From assembly GCA_964270895.1 (NCBI GenBank), contig OZ185444.1: 64,000 bases of DNA; one strand, given 5' to 3'. A program made the position numbers and the translations under genes. This document shows positions 38,601 through 49,678 of the stretch, in pieces. The number at the start of each line of letters is the position of its first letter. Position 1 is the stretch's first letter. Source of the stretch: Podarcis filfolensis. Its lineage: Eukaryota. A model generated the notes under the pieces. It was not told the DNA's origin. It ran no database searches and was given only the letters and a program-made list of their open reading frames with translations.

Positions 38601-41600
38601 GTTGCCTGTACTGCAATTTGGCACCAATTTATATCAGGGATAAACAACACAAAGACCGACCACCTAGGTCAACAATATCACTATCAAATTCATTATTGAA
38701 TCTTTTGAAACTGTGTCGTCTATGCAATACCATATAATCTGCACGATTTTCACTTCAACACCCCCACACAAAATTTGATCATGTATTCAGAGAAGATGCT
38801 TTCAGCCAGCTGGGTAAATCCAATTCAATTTAGTAATAACCTGGAATGAACCCATAATATAGCCAAGCCTGAAGTTTTTAGCAATTTCATAGTTTGGAAC
38901 ATCCTCGGCCTAAGGCTGTATACCCTAATTAACCTGTCTCTCATCCTCTCTGTATTTGCTTAACCCATTCTGTTCATTATGTGAAATCGTTTTTCCAAAG
39001 TAAATAAATAGTACACATTCTGCCTGACATTCTCTTTTTAAAATTGGCAGGTTTGAAGAGTTTACGAGTGATATCAAGTGGATTCTACAGTACCCACACC
39101 CTTTAATTAGCTGTTGCTATTTTAGATAACATGACTGTCACTCAACTGTTCACTCTTCAGAATTAAGAAAAGCACAAATGACTGAGAATATCTTTGCTGT
39201 GAGGCCCCAGAAGAGGAAAGACTGCATTGTTACCTACTCTAAAGAACTGTGCCCCATTTGCTCTGCAACAAACAACACTATGGGCTTTTGTTCAAGGATC
39301 ATATGTGAAACCTTATGTGAAACCTCATGACTTTTCTGCTACATTCTGTTGCAGATTCACACTCCAACTCAGATGGCATCATTCAAGTTCAACAAACTAC
39401 TAGCAAGCACCTGAGGACAACTTGTGAGGAATCAACACAATAGGGAGAATAAGCTTCAGAGGTTAGAAGATTATTGCTACCTGGTGGGCACACCATGGCT
39501 TCGTTCTTATGTGATCCAGCAGTATGGAGGGGAGATAATTAATCTATCATGCCAGTCAAGGGTTACTCATAACAGGGGAAACTATAATGTTCCTTCAGAA
39601 TGAACTGGGCAGGCATAAACCTGGAGGTGCCCATTTCCAGAAAACTTTATTAGCATCTGTCTGTCTCAAGAGACAAAGGAGTGCGCCTCCAGGGGTGAAG
39701 TCAAACCGCTGAATTAGCAGCACCGAAGTGACCTCCCTGGGGCGCAAGCCTGGGCAGTGAGTATGGAGGTCCTGTGCTACCCAGATGACTAGACCTCACC
39801 GTGGCTGATATGGTCCAAAGGAAAGCAGAGCAAAATGTTCCACACCAGCCTGGCTGCAGGAGTTGCCAGAGGGAGGTGTACAAGATGCTATCCAACAGTC
39901 ATAGGATTTGTATAGGGTTTACTCCTCAGTCTCCCACAGATATCCCAAAAGGCAGTGGAGGTTTAGAATCAGAGTTTCCCTAGATGGACTACGTTCCCAG
40001 GCTGACAACTCCATCTCCCTCTCACTTTCCTCTACAGCACATGCAGAAACCACCTTCTTGACCATTGGACCCACTATTGGTCTTGTCCACTCAAACTGCC
40101 AGAGGTTGTCTTTGCATGCAGGGAAAGTCCCTAAATCACAACCGAGGGTGAGGACAAACATGCCACTGAAGGAGCTTAGTATCACCTCTTTTATTAGATT
40201 CAATTATTTTGCTAGTTTGCTGTGGTGCTTGCTATTTTCCAAAATAGTCAACTTTTATTTCTCAGCTTGACATTTTAAAAATGTAGTTTACATAAAAGCT
40301 GGAATGAGAAAATTCCTAATGCTTTGCCTGGCTGCCCAAGCTCCTATAAGTTAGTGTATGTTCCTATGAATTGGAAATGGCTTTCTAGCTGCACATAGCA
40401 CTGAAAAAACCAGATATTACTCTTCTGTGCATGTCCCACACCTCAAACTAAGAAGGATACATGTGAAGCATCTGTTGTCTCTTACATTCCAAAGAACAAT
40501 ATGAAACCTTGATAAGCATTGAAAGTTTTGTTGTGACACAGTACTGCGCAAATCATCACTGATTATACAGACTTTTTACTTGGCGTAGGTACATGGTATG
40601 CACAAATTGCATGAAAATGCATAAATAGAAGAGAGGGCTATGAAGTTTTCTGAACTACATATTTCAGCAGCAGGATGATCTTTTATTTCTATGCATCACT
40701 GGTGAAAGGTGTTTGGAACAGGTGCAAGATCAATTAAAGCCTTGCATCTTCTGTGACAGTCTGCATACAATCATAATACTGTTTACTATTTTTTCAAATT
40801 AAGGAGACACTGTTGTGTTCATTCCATATCATCATCTTACATGGATGCTAATTTCCAGATGGCCTTCCTATCATAATTATTTTATTTTAAATATGTATAT
40901 ACCACCCATGCAACAAAGTCCTCTGGATGGACAAAAGCACACTGATTGTTGTTATTCGCTAGTTGTGGACGTAAACCACCAGAGTAGCAGTTCAAAAGCA
41001 TAATTATATTAACGGATAGACTGACATCCTCTAACTTACATAAATATGTAGCAAGAACGTATACAGTAGTACCTCGGGTTAAGTATTTAATTGGTTCTGG
41101 AGGTCCGTTCTTAATCTGAAACTGTTTTTAACCTGAAGCACCACTTTAGCTAATGGGGCCTCCTGCTGCTGCCGCGCTGCTGCTGCACGATTTCTGTTCT
41201 CATCCTGAAGCAAAGTTCTTAACCCGAGGTACTACTTCTGGGTTAGCGGAGTCTGTAACCTGAAGCGTCTGTAACCCGAGGTACCACTGTATTAACTAGA
41301 AATTGTTTCCTATCCACTTTTCTACCCTGCTCTCCAAAGTTCTGCACTTCCCAGGCAATCTCTTGTCTCTGTTCCCTTATGTTCTCAGAAGCTACAGGTT
41401 ACATCTCTCAAACTGCCCTAGATTTCCTGCAACAAGAAAATAATCGTAAAAACTACCAATAAGCTCTGATATAGAGAGGAAAACAATAACTGGGTAATTC
41501 TTAGGTTTGACTGAGAACAATCTGACCGATAGGTAGGCAAGAAGAAAGTCCAAGTTACATTGGTCCAAGAATGATCTAAAGGACTGCAAATGAAAGGACC

Positions 41601-44293
41601 CAGGGAAATAAAGCCATTTTCAAATAATGAGGACTCAATCTTGTTCCCTTATATAGGGAACAAAAGATGAGAACTCATACTTCACTGACTGGAAGATGGT
41701 GCAGTGGGTACTAAATACACCCACTTTGGGAGATGCCAACTACATTCATGCCTCCTGCGCACCAGTGGGCATTTTCTTAGATAACTTGAGGACAACTGTG
41801 AATCTCAGGAACTTGCACTGCATGAAAATAATTTAAGATATAGGTATGGTGTTATGATACATCTCCAACGACAAAAGATTACCGTATGATTCAAACTGCA
41901 AATAATTAAGGGAAACACGACAGGCTCAGTATCTGTTGTTTTTCTTTGTACTCAAAGCTATGATCGGTTTTTTTTATCTAGCCCTTGAAAACTTGGAAGC
42001 CATCAGTGCTGTCCTGTCACACATTTCACTACACCATACACAATGCTTGTTACCCAAAGATGTCAATGTGTTTTACAAGCTCCATGTACCTCTTAGGATT
42101 AAAAGGGGGGGGTGTCTTTGTTTATACAGATGGATTAATGGTATCTGTCCACATCTCCCCACTGCTTTCCCCCTCTATTTTTGATTGTATAATCCTTGGG
42201 AAACAAAGACCTATTTCAATTGCCTACACACCTCTATAAAGGTGCAATGTGCAGCAACACACACACAATCAATCAATCAGGTGTGTCCAAGATTACACAG
42301 ATACCTCTTTGGATAACCAAAACCTAAACGCTAGACTTAATTCAAGGACTGAAAGTACTAAAGCTATTTCTACTGTCCCACACATTTATTTCTAAGCATG
42401 CCACTTAAATGATTATAACTACAGCTATCACTATTATAACTACAGTACTCTTCCATTTGCAAAAGAGAACAGACCAGGATAGAGTAGTTTCAAGGTAAAG
42501 GAAGAGCTGGAACTCTGAAAGCACTCAACATTACCTTGTAACAGAACTGAGAATAATGCTAAAATTCAAGTTCTACAAATTTACAGAAGCCACTCAAGTT
42601 CAAAACTCACAAAAATTCATTGTTTTGAGAATTATTTATGTTAGGACCTGTAAAGTGACCAGAAACAAAACGAAGACCTCTGGACAAGAACTATGGCACT
42701 TCTATGTGTTCACTACAGCATCTGGCACAGAACACAGCATTAAGAATTAAAACAGTGATCACATTTACTTGATCTGATTAGAGATGGTCAACTTGAATCG
42801 CTCCCAAATGGGATGGGAAATTTTTATCCAGCTTCACTCATGAGAAAACTGTTTCCAAAACACATGAACAAGAAAAATATCCTGTACTAATAAAACACAT
42901 GGGGTTTGTATGCAATGCCCCATGTTTGCCCAAACGCGTGTGCTTCCTACTTATTTACAATGCCCTATATTTATTCTAAAACTTGCTATCCCAACAAGGT
43001 GCCTACACAAATTGTGGGGCTACAATTAGCATCATCCCTGACCATTAATTATGCTGGCTTGGGCTGAAGGGAGTTGCAATCAAACAACCTCTGAAATGTC
43101 CAATGTTGGGGAAGGCTGTTCTAATGTCTCAGCAGCTGTAAAAGGGGCTCAGGGCCTATGCAACGAAATACACTTCCATCCCAGACCACTGCTGAAGAAT
43201 TAAGTAAACTAATCTAGCAAAGAATTACAGTAGATCAAACCAGAAGACATGCAGTGTAGCCCTAATTAAGTTTACTTCAAAGCAACTCCCTAGTAAAGGA
43301 CTGCAATCTAAGTTTGTTTCAGCCTAGGACTTCAAACACTGCTGCCAGAGAATCCTTTTCATTTTGCTCCCACATACACATCTTATGTTCTCAGTCTGCA
43401 GTTAAGCAGGACTCGGAAGGCTTACGTGTACATACAGATCAGTGCCACCTTTAGTCACAGGCGAGCATCACCAAGGGGAACAAGCAAGTGAAGTGAACCC
43501 GGTGAGCAGAAAGGGTTGCGTTGGGTGTTAATTGGGAAGCACACGGAGGAATACATTGCTGTCACCATACTGGGTGGGTGGGGGCGAGAGAGAAAGAGAT
43601 CTGCGTCTAGGAAAATGAAAACTAATAGTACTTAGGATGGATGTGGAGCGAGTAGTAAACAAAGGATCCAGGCAGCATTTTACAAAGGGCGCATGGAGGA
43701 CTAGCGGCGGAGGAGCCGGAAAAACCCCCAAAACCAAAACATCTCGGAGGACACGTGACAAGAAACCCTACCCGGCTTCTAAAAAAAGAAGATAAGAGAC
43801 CGACGGGGGCAGTGGGCAACAATGGTGACATACCGACACACACACACAAACCACCACCACCCCGACCCCTGTTTCTGCTTCGGAAGAAGGAAGGATCCTG
43901 GCCAGGATCGGGGGGCGCTTGTTCTGCCAGTGGAGGATAAAGGACCCGAGGGAGGCAGGGGGGCTCGAAGGTCCGAGGAGCACGAGCGGGGCTCCGAGGG
44001 CGGTTAGGGACGGGAGGGAGGGGGGAGGCACGGGCGCCATCACCCGCCAGCGCCTCTGCACGTTACCTGCAGGCGACTTGCTTAGTCCAACCGCCGCTGC
44101 TTCCCCCTCCGGCTCCGGCCGGCGGCGGCTGAGGCTCGGCTGTGGGGAGGCTGGGGGCCGTGGCGGTGGCGGCGGAGATGGTGGCGGCGGCGGCGGCGGA
44201 GGGGCTGGGGGCCGCGACAGCCGCTGCTCCAGCTGCCGCGGCTGTCGCTGCCGCTGCTCCGCCACCACCGGGGGCCACCGCAGCCTCCGCCAT
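22536..44293 (-). CDS. MKRN1: Makorin-1 RING/C3H zinc-finger E3 ubiquitin ligase
   Basis: Exons 44067-44293, 32902-33030, 30158-30384, 27511-27737, 26282-26496, [exon 6 not visible], 24820-24958 and 22536-22748. C3H fingers, PAM2-like [14 protein letters not shown], Makorin Cys-His motif, RING start CGICMEVV...CNHTYCLKC, acidic C-terminus. Confidence 0.95.
23347..23482. mobile_element. hAT (Charlie-like) MITE, 136 bp, palindromic
   Basis: TIR cagtgtttcccaacct/aggttgggaaacactg; perfect 8-bp TSD agttagac. Confidence 0.9.
23562..23609. repeat. (AAT)n microsatellite
   Basis: About 16 AAT units seen directly. Confidence 0.95.
24281..24650 (-). mobile_element. L2-clade LINE 3' fragment
   Basis: [23 protein letters not shown] peptide; (TTA)n tail near 24281-24295. 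Confidence 0.8.
24820..24958 (-). CDS. MKRN1: MKRN1 exon 7 (C3H finger 4)
   Basis: CCAG|[30 protein letters not shown]...SSRYR|GTAAGT, 139 bp. Confidence 0.95.
25433..25571. other. Assembly gap (139 N) at the expected position of MKRN1 exon 6
   Basis: Run of N seen directly between MKRN1 exons 5 and 7. Confidence 0.98.
26282..26496 (-). CDS. MKRN1: MKRN1 exon 5 (RING N-terminal part)
   Basis: [31 protein letters not shown]...[21 protein letters not shown]|GTGAGG, 215 bp. Confidence 0.95.
26650..26895 (+). mobile_element. CR1 LINE 3' fragment
   Basis: agattcaggatagacaaa..tacttcttc..cagttaaactctggaa..ggacaaattcatgga, similar to 37440-37620. Confidence 0.65.
27511..27737 (-). CDS. MKRN1: MKRN1 exon 4 (C3H finger 3, Cys-His motif)
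   Basis: [36 protein letters not shown]...HIK|GTAAGG. Confidence 0.95.
27933..28163. mobile_element. Degenerate Tigger-like MITE
   Basis: Right end ccaaggtaccactata; decayed left end agtacacctctgttttc. Confidence 0.5.
30158..30384 (-). CDS. MKRN1: MKRN1 exon 3 (PAM2-like motif)
   Basis: [11 protein letters not shown]...[19 protein letters not shown]|GTAAGT. Confidence 0.95.
31904..32301. mobile_element. Tc2-type (MER104/Kanga-like TIR) non-autonomous DNA transposon
   Basis: TIR ccgtatttttttgctctataagacgcac / gtgcgtcttacagagcgaaaaatacgg; TA TSD. Confidence 0.85.
32902..33030 (-). CDS. MKRN1: MKRN1 exon 2 (C3H fingers 1-2)
   Basis: [19 protein letters not shown]...[16 protein letters not shown], 129 bp, GT-AG. 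Confidence 0.95.
33540..33935 (+). mobile_element. CR1 LINE 3' fragment (degenerate)
   Basis: gagattagacaaattaatgga...ggtctgacctggcagggctcatcttatattctta. Confidence 0.6.
34300..34500 (+). mobile_element. Old L2 reverse-transcriptase remnant
   Basis: [12 protein letters not shown]...[22 protein letters not shown]. Confidence 0.65.
36789..36838. repeat. (TG)n-(CG)n-(CA)n alternating purine-pyrimidine tract
   Basis: 50 bp of unbroken Y/R alternation. Confidence 0.9.
37050..37830 (+). mobile_element. CR1 LINE 3' fragment
   Basis: [15 protein letters not shown] peptide; CR1-type 3' UTR ending ggcctgatccaacagg..cttcttatggtctta. Confidence 0.75.
41064..41289. mobile_element. Tigger/pogo-like Tc1-mariner MITE
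   Basis: TIR cagtagtacctcgggtta/taacccgaggtaccactg; TA TSD. Confidence 0.88.
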
Positions 44294-44800
44294 TACTGTT
44301 TACCCCACACAGCGACGGCCCCGCCGGAACTTCCGGGAGCTCATTCTTCCGGCCTGCTGGACAGGAGGGCGGGGCAAAAGCTGATGGACGGGGGAGGAGG
44401 AGGGGGAGGGAGGAGAAAGGAAGAGGGATGGGCGTGGCTTACCTTACCCCCTCCCTACCCCGCTTCGCTTTGGGAGAAGAGGACAAGCGGGCCGACAGAG
44501 AAAGGGAGAGAATGGGGTGGGAGGGGGGAAGCACGAGGTCGGGAGCGAAGGTTCTGATTGGCGTAGCCGTTCGTGAAGCCGCGCCCACTGGGTTAGACGG
44601 ACGTGGGGGAGTTGTGACGCCAGATGTGGAGGCGGGGCTTGGGCGGGGGAACCACCTGCAAACGGGCTTTGGGCTTCACTTCGCGCGAGCGGCGGTTGGG
44701 GACAGAGGGCTCTGGAGTTATGGGTGCTTTTTCTCTGTCGCGGCTACATGGGGCGCTCGCTCGGTTACGGGGGCGAAGCTTTGGGGTCTCAAAGCCCAGA
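43900..44800. promoter_or_regulatory. CpG island; probable bidirectional promoter of MKRN1 and the pseudouridine-catabolism gene
   Basis: CpG-rich. Inverted ETS pair CCGGAACTTCCGG at 44324-44336, GC boxes, ATTGG (CCAAT) near 44557. No other CpG island lies between here and the ATG at 49594. Confidence 0.75.
44067..44293 (-). CDS. MKRN1: MKRN1 exon 1 (Ala/Gly-rich N-terminus)
   Basis: AGTAATGGCG start; MAEAA...[11 protein letters not shown]|GTAACG. Confidence 0.93.
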
Positions 44801-44949
44801 TACACACCGGGAACATGGACGAGTTTTTTGTGGCATCCTAAAGACGAACATAATTTAATTTGGCATAAGAAGAACCCACTTCAGTTAGAGGCCTAAAGCG
44901 TTCTCTTCAGCTTACAATTGTTACTATCACAATACATTTCTTGATTTAC

Positions 44950-45330
44950 TTTTATTTATTTCAGATTTATACGCTTGCTTGATTGTAATAAAATCTCAAA
45001 GCGGTTTACACAAAACAATAAATTATTGGAAAAAAGCTTAGGAACCACTATATAAAACATTAAAAGAAATTTTAAAAATCAGCGCTAAAAATCGGATTGC
45101 AATGCATGTTGACATTGTCTGGATACGCTTGTCTAAACATAGGTGTTTTGAGCAGGCACCTGAAATTGTACGGTGAAGGCACCTCCCTGACACCTATAGA
45201 CAGCAAGTTCCAAAGTATGGAACAAAGGTGGCATTCTTTAACAATGCTGTTTCCTCAGACTGAAGCAGTCAGCGGGTAAGAAGATATTGCAAGTAATCTG
45301 GTCCCAAACTGTTACGGGCTTTGCATACTA
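44950..45330 (-). mobile_element. Degenerate L2 3' fragment
   Basis: tttatttatt tail, gcaagttccaaagtatgg (LWNLL-like) and caaagcggtttacac blocks. Confidence 0.55.
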
Positions 45331-46722
45331 ATAGTGTTGTGGGAAATCTCACATCCTAACACAGTGTGTGTTATCCAAGTGGGACTATACAAATAGAGAC
45401 CAAATCTAAATGCAAAAGTACCTGGGAGGGTGATCTGATGGCCAAGAAAGATGGAGCCAAGAATTGCCCTGGCAATGTATACTGAACTTCCTCAAACAAA
45501 GAACTTTAAGCTATTTCATTACAGTTTGTTGCCGTTTTCATACATTGCTCATGTACACTTATCAGCAGCTACATTCCTAGTCTATCAGGGTTCCTTTGAA
45601 GTAGACTCTGTTCCATGGCCTTGAGAGCAGCTCCTGCTTATCTTCAAGCCTCCCTTCCCATCCTTCTCGCAACTATCAGGTCGCATAAACATTAGGCATT
45701 CCACATGTCCGCCTGTGGCCTTGCTCAGATTGCAAGCTACATAGTTTCACATCATTTCTTCACAATAGTAATGCCTAGAACTTGGCCTGGTAGCAAATCA
45801 GCAACCAATGCAAACTCTTACCAGAGATATTATATGTTAACAGGGTTAGAAGCTGATTTACATGCAAGTATATAGAGAAGGTTTGGGGGAACAGAGTCTT
45901 TCTGTGTAAAGTTTTAACGTGCACAGAATAACGCACAATCACCATTCACATCAGTGATAATGGAAGATTAAACAACCAACCTAGCTTTACTATACAACTG
46001 AACATCTATAGTGGGAGAAGAAAGCATTTTCACATTTAATGCCAAATTGATAGACTCAAACTTATTAGTAAAATTCTTGCTTGCTTTTTTTTAATTTTAA
46101 AAATATAATTTTACTTTTTTGTTTTCAAACATAAAATATACACCACCACTATAGCAAACTTATTTACAGTAAGAGGTCAGATACAAAACAAAAGCTAGGT
46201 CAAGATTATGTAAGCAGTACATTGTTTGGTCATATTTTCAGTAAAAACGCTTCTTTTATTTTCATTAAAGAAGTTTCCTGGTAGTATAGAAAATTAACCT
46301 AAAGCATTGTCCCATTAGAGGCCATGCATGTTTAGAGGACGCAATGCATTTTCATTATATGTTATATGTTTAATAAGGCAAAACCAAGTTGTTTTAATGC
46401 ATTCTTAGAACATGGATTATGCAATGGTCCTTATTTGTTTTGTTTTATTTTTAATACTTTTGCAGGTAGCACTATTCCATCATGTTGACACCAGATTTTT
46501 CTAGTGTCTTGCAATGGTTTGGTGGGCAGCTTCCAAGAAGAATCTCAAGAAATATTTATGTAACTTTTCTTCCCCATTTCCATTGAAAATAGAAAGAAGA
46601 GCCTTTTGTGGTATTTATCTTATTTTTCTGTTTTATTTTTCTTCTTTTAATAAGCTGTATAAGACTCTAGGCAATGCACATCACTAATTAAAAAAATCCC
46701 AAGATCTAAAAAGACATCAATA

Positions 46723-46964
46723 CAGTGGTACCTCGGGTTAAGTACTTAATTCGTTCCAGAGGTCCGTTCTTAACTTGAAACTGTTCTTAACCTGAAGCAC
46801 CACTTTAGCTAATGGGGCCTCCTGCTGCTGCCGCGCTGCCGGAGCACGATTTCTGTTCTCATCCTGAAGCAAAGTTCTTAACCCGAAGTAATATTTCTGG
46901 GTTAGCGGAGTCTGTAACCTGAAGCGTATGTAACCTGAAGCGTATGTAACCCAAGGTACCACTG
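46723..46964. mobile_element. Tigger/pogo-like Tc1-mariner MITE (same family and orientation as 41064-41289)
   Basis: TIR cagtggtacctcgggtta/taacccaaggtaccactg; TA TSD; near-identical interior. Confidence 0.88.
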
Positions 46965-49593
46965 TAAACAGATAATTCATACTAATAACTAAGCCAAGCT
47001 GCAAAAAATAAATAAATAAAAGATTCGCAGCAGTAATGATCACAAGTCAGTAATTTCTTTGAAGTCTCTTTGTTGAAAAATGGCAACTTTCAGTTCAGCA
47101 GCAGAGTGTCCTGGGGTACCACAATGTTCTGTCCCTGGTTTCTGAATGTTGCCATTTTTTAATATATTTGTGCCCACTTATTCTTTCTCACACCGACCTG
47201 CTGTATAAGAAACACAGTAATGAGTGAGGGGAACAGCATAACAAAAAACAAAAAAACACAGGTGAGTGATCCTTACATATGTTTTCAAATACATGTTCAT
47301 TTCAGTAACCTTTTACATGTTTAGGTGTGCTTAATGTGTGAGGAGATTCATCATTCACTCCATGGCTCCTCCATGTGTTGTCATCATTTGTTAGTATTTC
47401 ACTTATCAGGCTCTATCACAATCAAAACTGGGCAATCTGCGGCCTTGTTCAATCCAAGGAACTGTTATTGTAACATTGGAGTCTTAATTTTCTGTTGTAA
47501 TACAGAACGTATTGACAATGGAGGGCAGCAATCCAGCGTGGCTGATTAATTTTAAAACGTACCCCACCCTTTTAAAGTTGCACAGCTAGGAAGAGAAGTA
47601 TAACAACAGGACAGTATAACTGGAGACCTACAAACATTTGCAGATGTGAATTGTGTGTAAAATGGCTTCTGTCAATCCACTCCTCCCACTGTCACACTTA
47701 TTCATTCACATCCATATAAGTACATCTACACTATTTGCATACAAAAGTTAATTCAAAGGTTACTCTCACCATTTAACACATACACACAGCCTAACAACTG
47801 AACAGTGCTTTCTACCTATTCTGAATTGTGACCCTTGAACACAACACAGCCCCATCTGTCCCTGAGACTTAGGCATGCACAGTTTGTTTGTTTTTTCATG
47901 AAACAAAACTGAGGAGTTCATAAACATTGCATAACAGCTCAGCAGCTGAGCAATGTTTAGGGGAAAGGGGCTCATTTCAATCAGAGCTAGTACAGCTGAT
48001 AGCTATGGCAGTTTCAAAGAGTGCAGCCTGTGTTAATCTCATATTCCACCCCCTCCCCTTTTGTCAAATTTACCTGATTTTGGGTGGCAAATGGCAAAAC
48101 CAGTATTTTTCTGCTGTATTGCATGTTTTGTGCTCTTGCCTAAAAACACCATAGGAACTCTGAAATATTATCCAAAACTGGCTTTGACTTCTCCAGAGAG
48201 ATACATGAAATCGACAGTGCTGAGCATGGAAAAGCACCAAAAGTCATGGAGATCACAGATGTTTTCTCCAATTTGACAACAGCCTTCCCTTTCCCCAAGG
48301 CAGAGAGTGGTTCCAGAATGCCAGCTGCTTTATCTTGTTAATGATAAATGGACTTGCTTGGCGTGGAGTCCATGGCTGGAATGCAGGACAGCTGGAGCCA
48401 AGATCAGTCTGTTGCAATTCTCAACAGGCTCATCTTCTTGCAGCGCTGGTCATATGGAAAGTTCAGCCAGCATATGGTGGAAAGAAGGAGCGCTCGTAGA
48501 GGTAAGGAACCAGACACATTGCCACCTTCTGTCAAAGGCCAGTGCTAATTAAATACCAGATTGCTAAGAGGGTGGGAAGAATCAGAGGTGCAGCTGGGTG
48601 AAACCTGAAATAAAAATGAGGGTCCTATCATTAAGAATGCAGGGTTTGCTCAGGAGAGTAGCGTAAGATAATTTTTAAAAATACATTGGTGACTCTTGCT
48701 TAGTTTCAACAAAGTGTAGACAGTTTTTAAAAGGACTCATAGTGAAACCAAACTGCATTTGCCTGAAAGGTAAACTTAGTTGATATTTAGTTTTTAGTAT
48801 TTCACATCAGGGTGGCTAGCACACAAAATTTCCTGTGTGCAATGCCAGCAACAATTTGTATGCCTTTAAAACGATATACGTAAATAGTATACTTGGTGCT
48901 GAGCTAACTAAGCTGAGCAGTATAAACCTCACCATGTAACTCAGTCCTTAACTCGAATGGAGAAATCACTCTAATTTTGGATAAATTGTTCTAGGAACTC
49001 TAATTATAGTGATCCTGTAATGCAAGGCCGAGAGCACTAAATTGTGTGGTTGGTCCTGGACTAGTTACCTGAATATTTAGCTTGTGTCTTTTGTAATTCT
49101 ATTATAGTTAGAAATGTAGGAAGCTGCCTTATACTCTGTCAGACCACTGTCAGCAGCTCTTGAGGATTCTAGCTAGGAACCTCTCCCAGGCCTCCTATGA
49201 GATGCTGAGGGTAGGACCAGAGACCTTCTGCATGCCAGGCAGATGCTCTTCCCGTGAGCTTCCATTTGGGCTGGAAAACTTTGTAAAGGAAAATGTGAGG
49301 TTTAATCTGAGGTTCTCTGTTTCATTTCCATTCTCCCTTAGTTTCCCTTTTATCATGAATATTATGCAGTTTTATAAACTGATGGGTTGATTTGTGGTCT
49401 TTGACTACACATTGGAAACCACTTTTGAGGGGCATCGTGATGATACAACGAAATAAATGCCTAAATAAATGATAAGGAAGGGACCAGCTTGCAAGTCAAT
49501 GAAAGTCTGAGAACAGACGCAAACTTTGCTCCTTTCAGACCCACTTTTTGACAGCGTTGGTTTTCATGAATTGGCCTTCTCTTCAATCAAAGA

Positions 49594-49678
49594 ATGATTT
49601 TGAAACCTGCCTTTACCTCGGGAGGCCGTGTGGCTTCTGTGGCTTGTCGTGTTCTCCAAATAAGAAGATACTTGAACA
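49594..49678 (+). CDS. PsuG-PsuK gene, putative first coding exon (targeting peptide)
   Basis: Acceptor TTTCAG ending at 49538; ATG with A at -3; [29 protein letters not shown]|GTGAGT, phase 1, matching the next exon. Confidence 0.7.

Noticed and set aside
43768-44896. Long ORFs overlapping MKRN1 exon 1 and the promoter
   Set aside because: Alternate frames of GCC-rich sequence; only 44067-44293 (minus) fits MKRN1.
47200-47270. Strong donor CAG|GTGAGT at about 47261 as a 5' UTR exon of the pseudouridine gene
   Set aside because: No convincing upstream acceptor; cannot be supported without transcripts.
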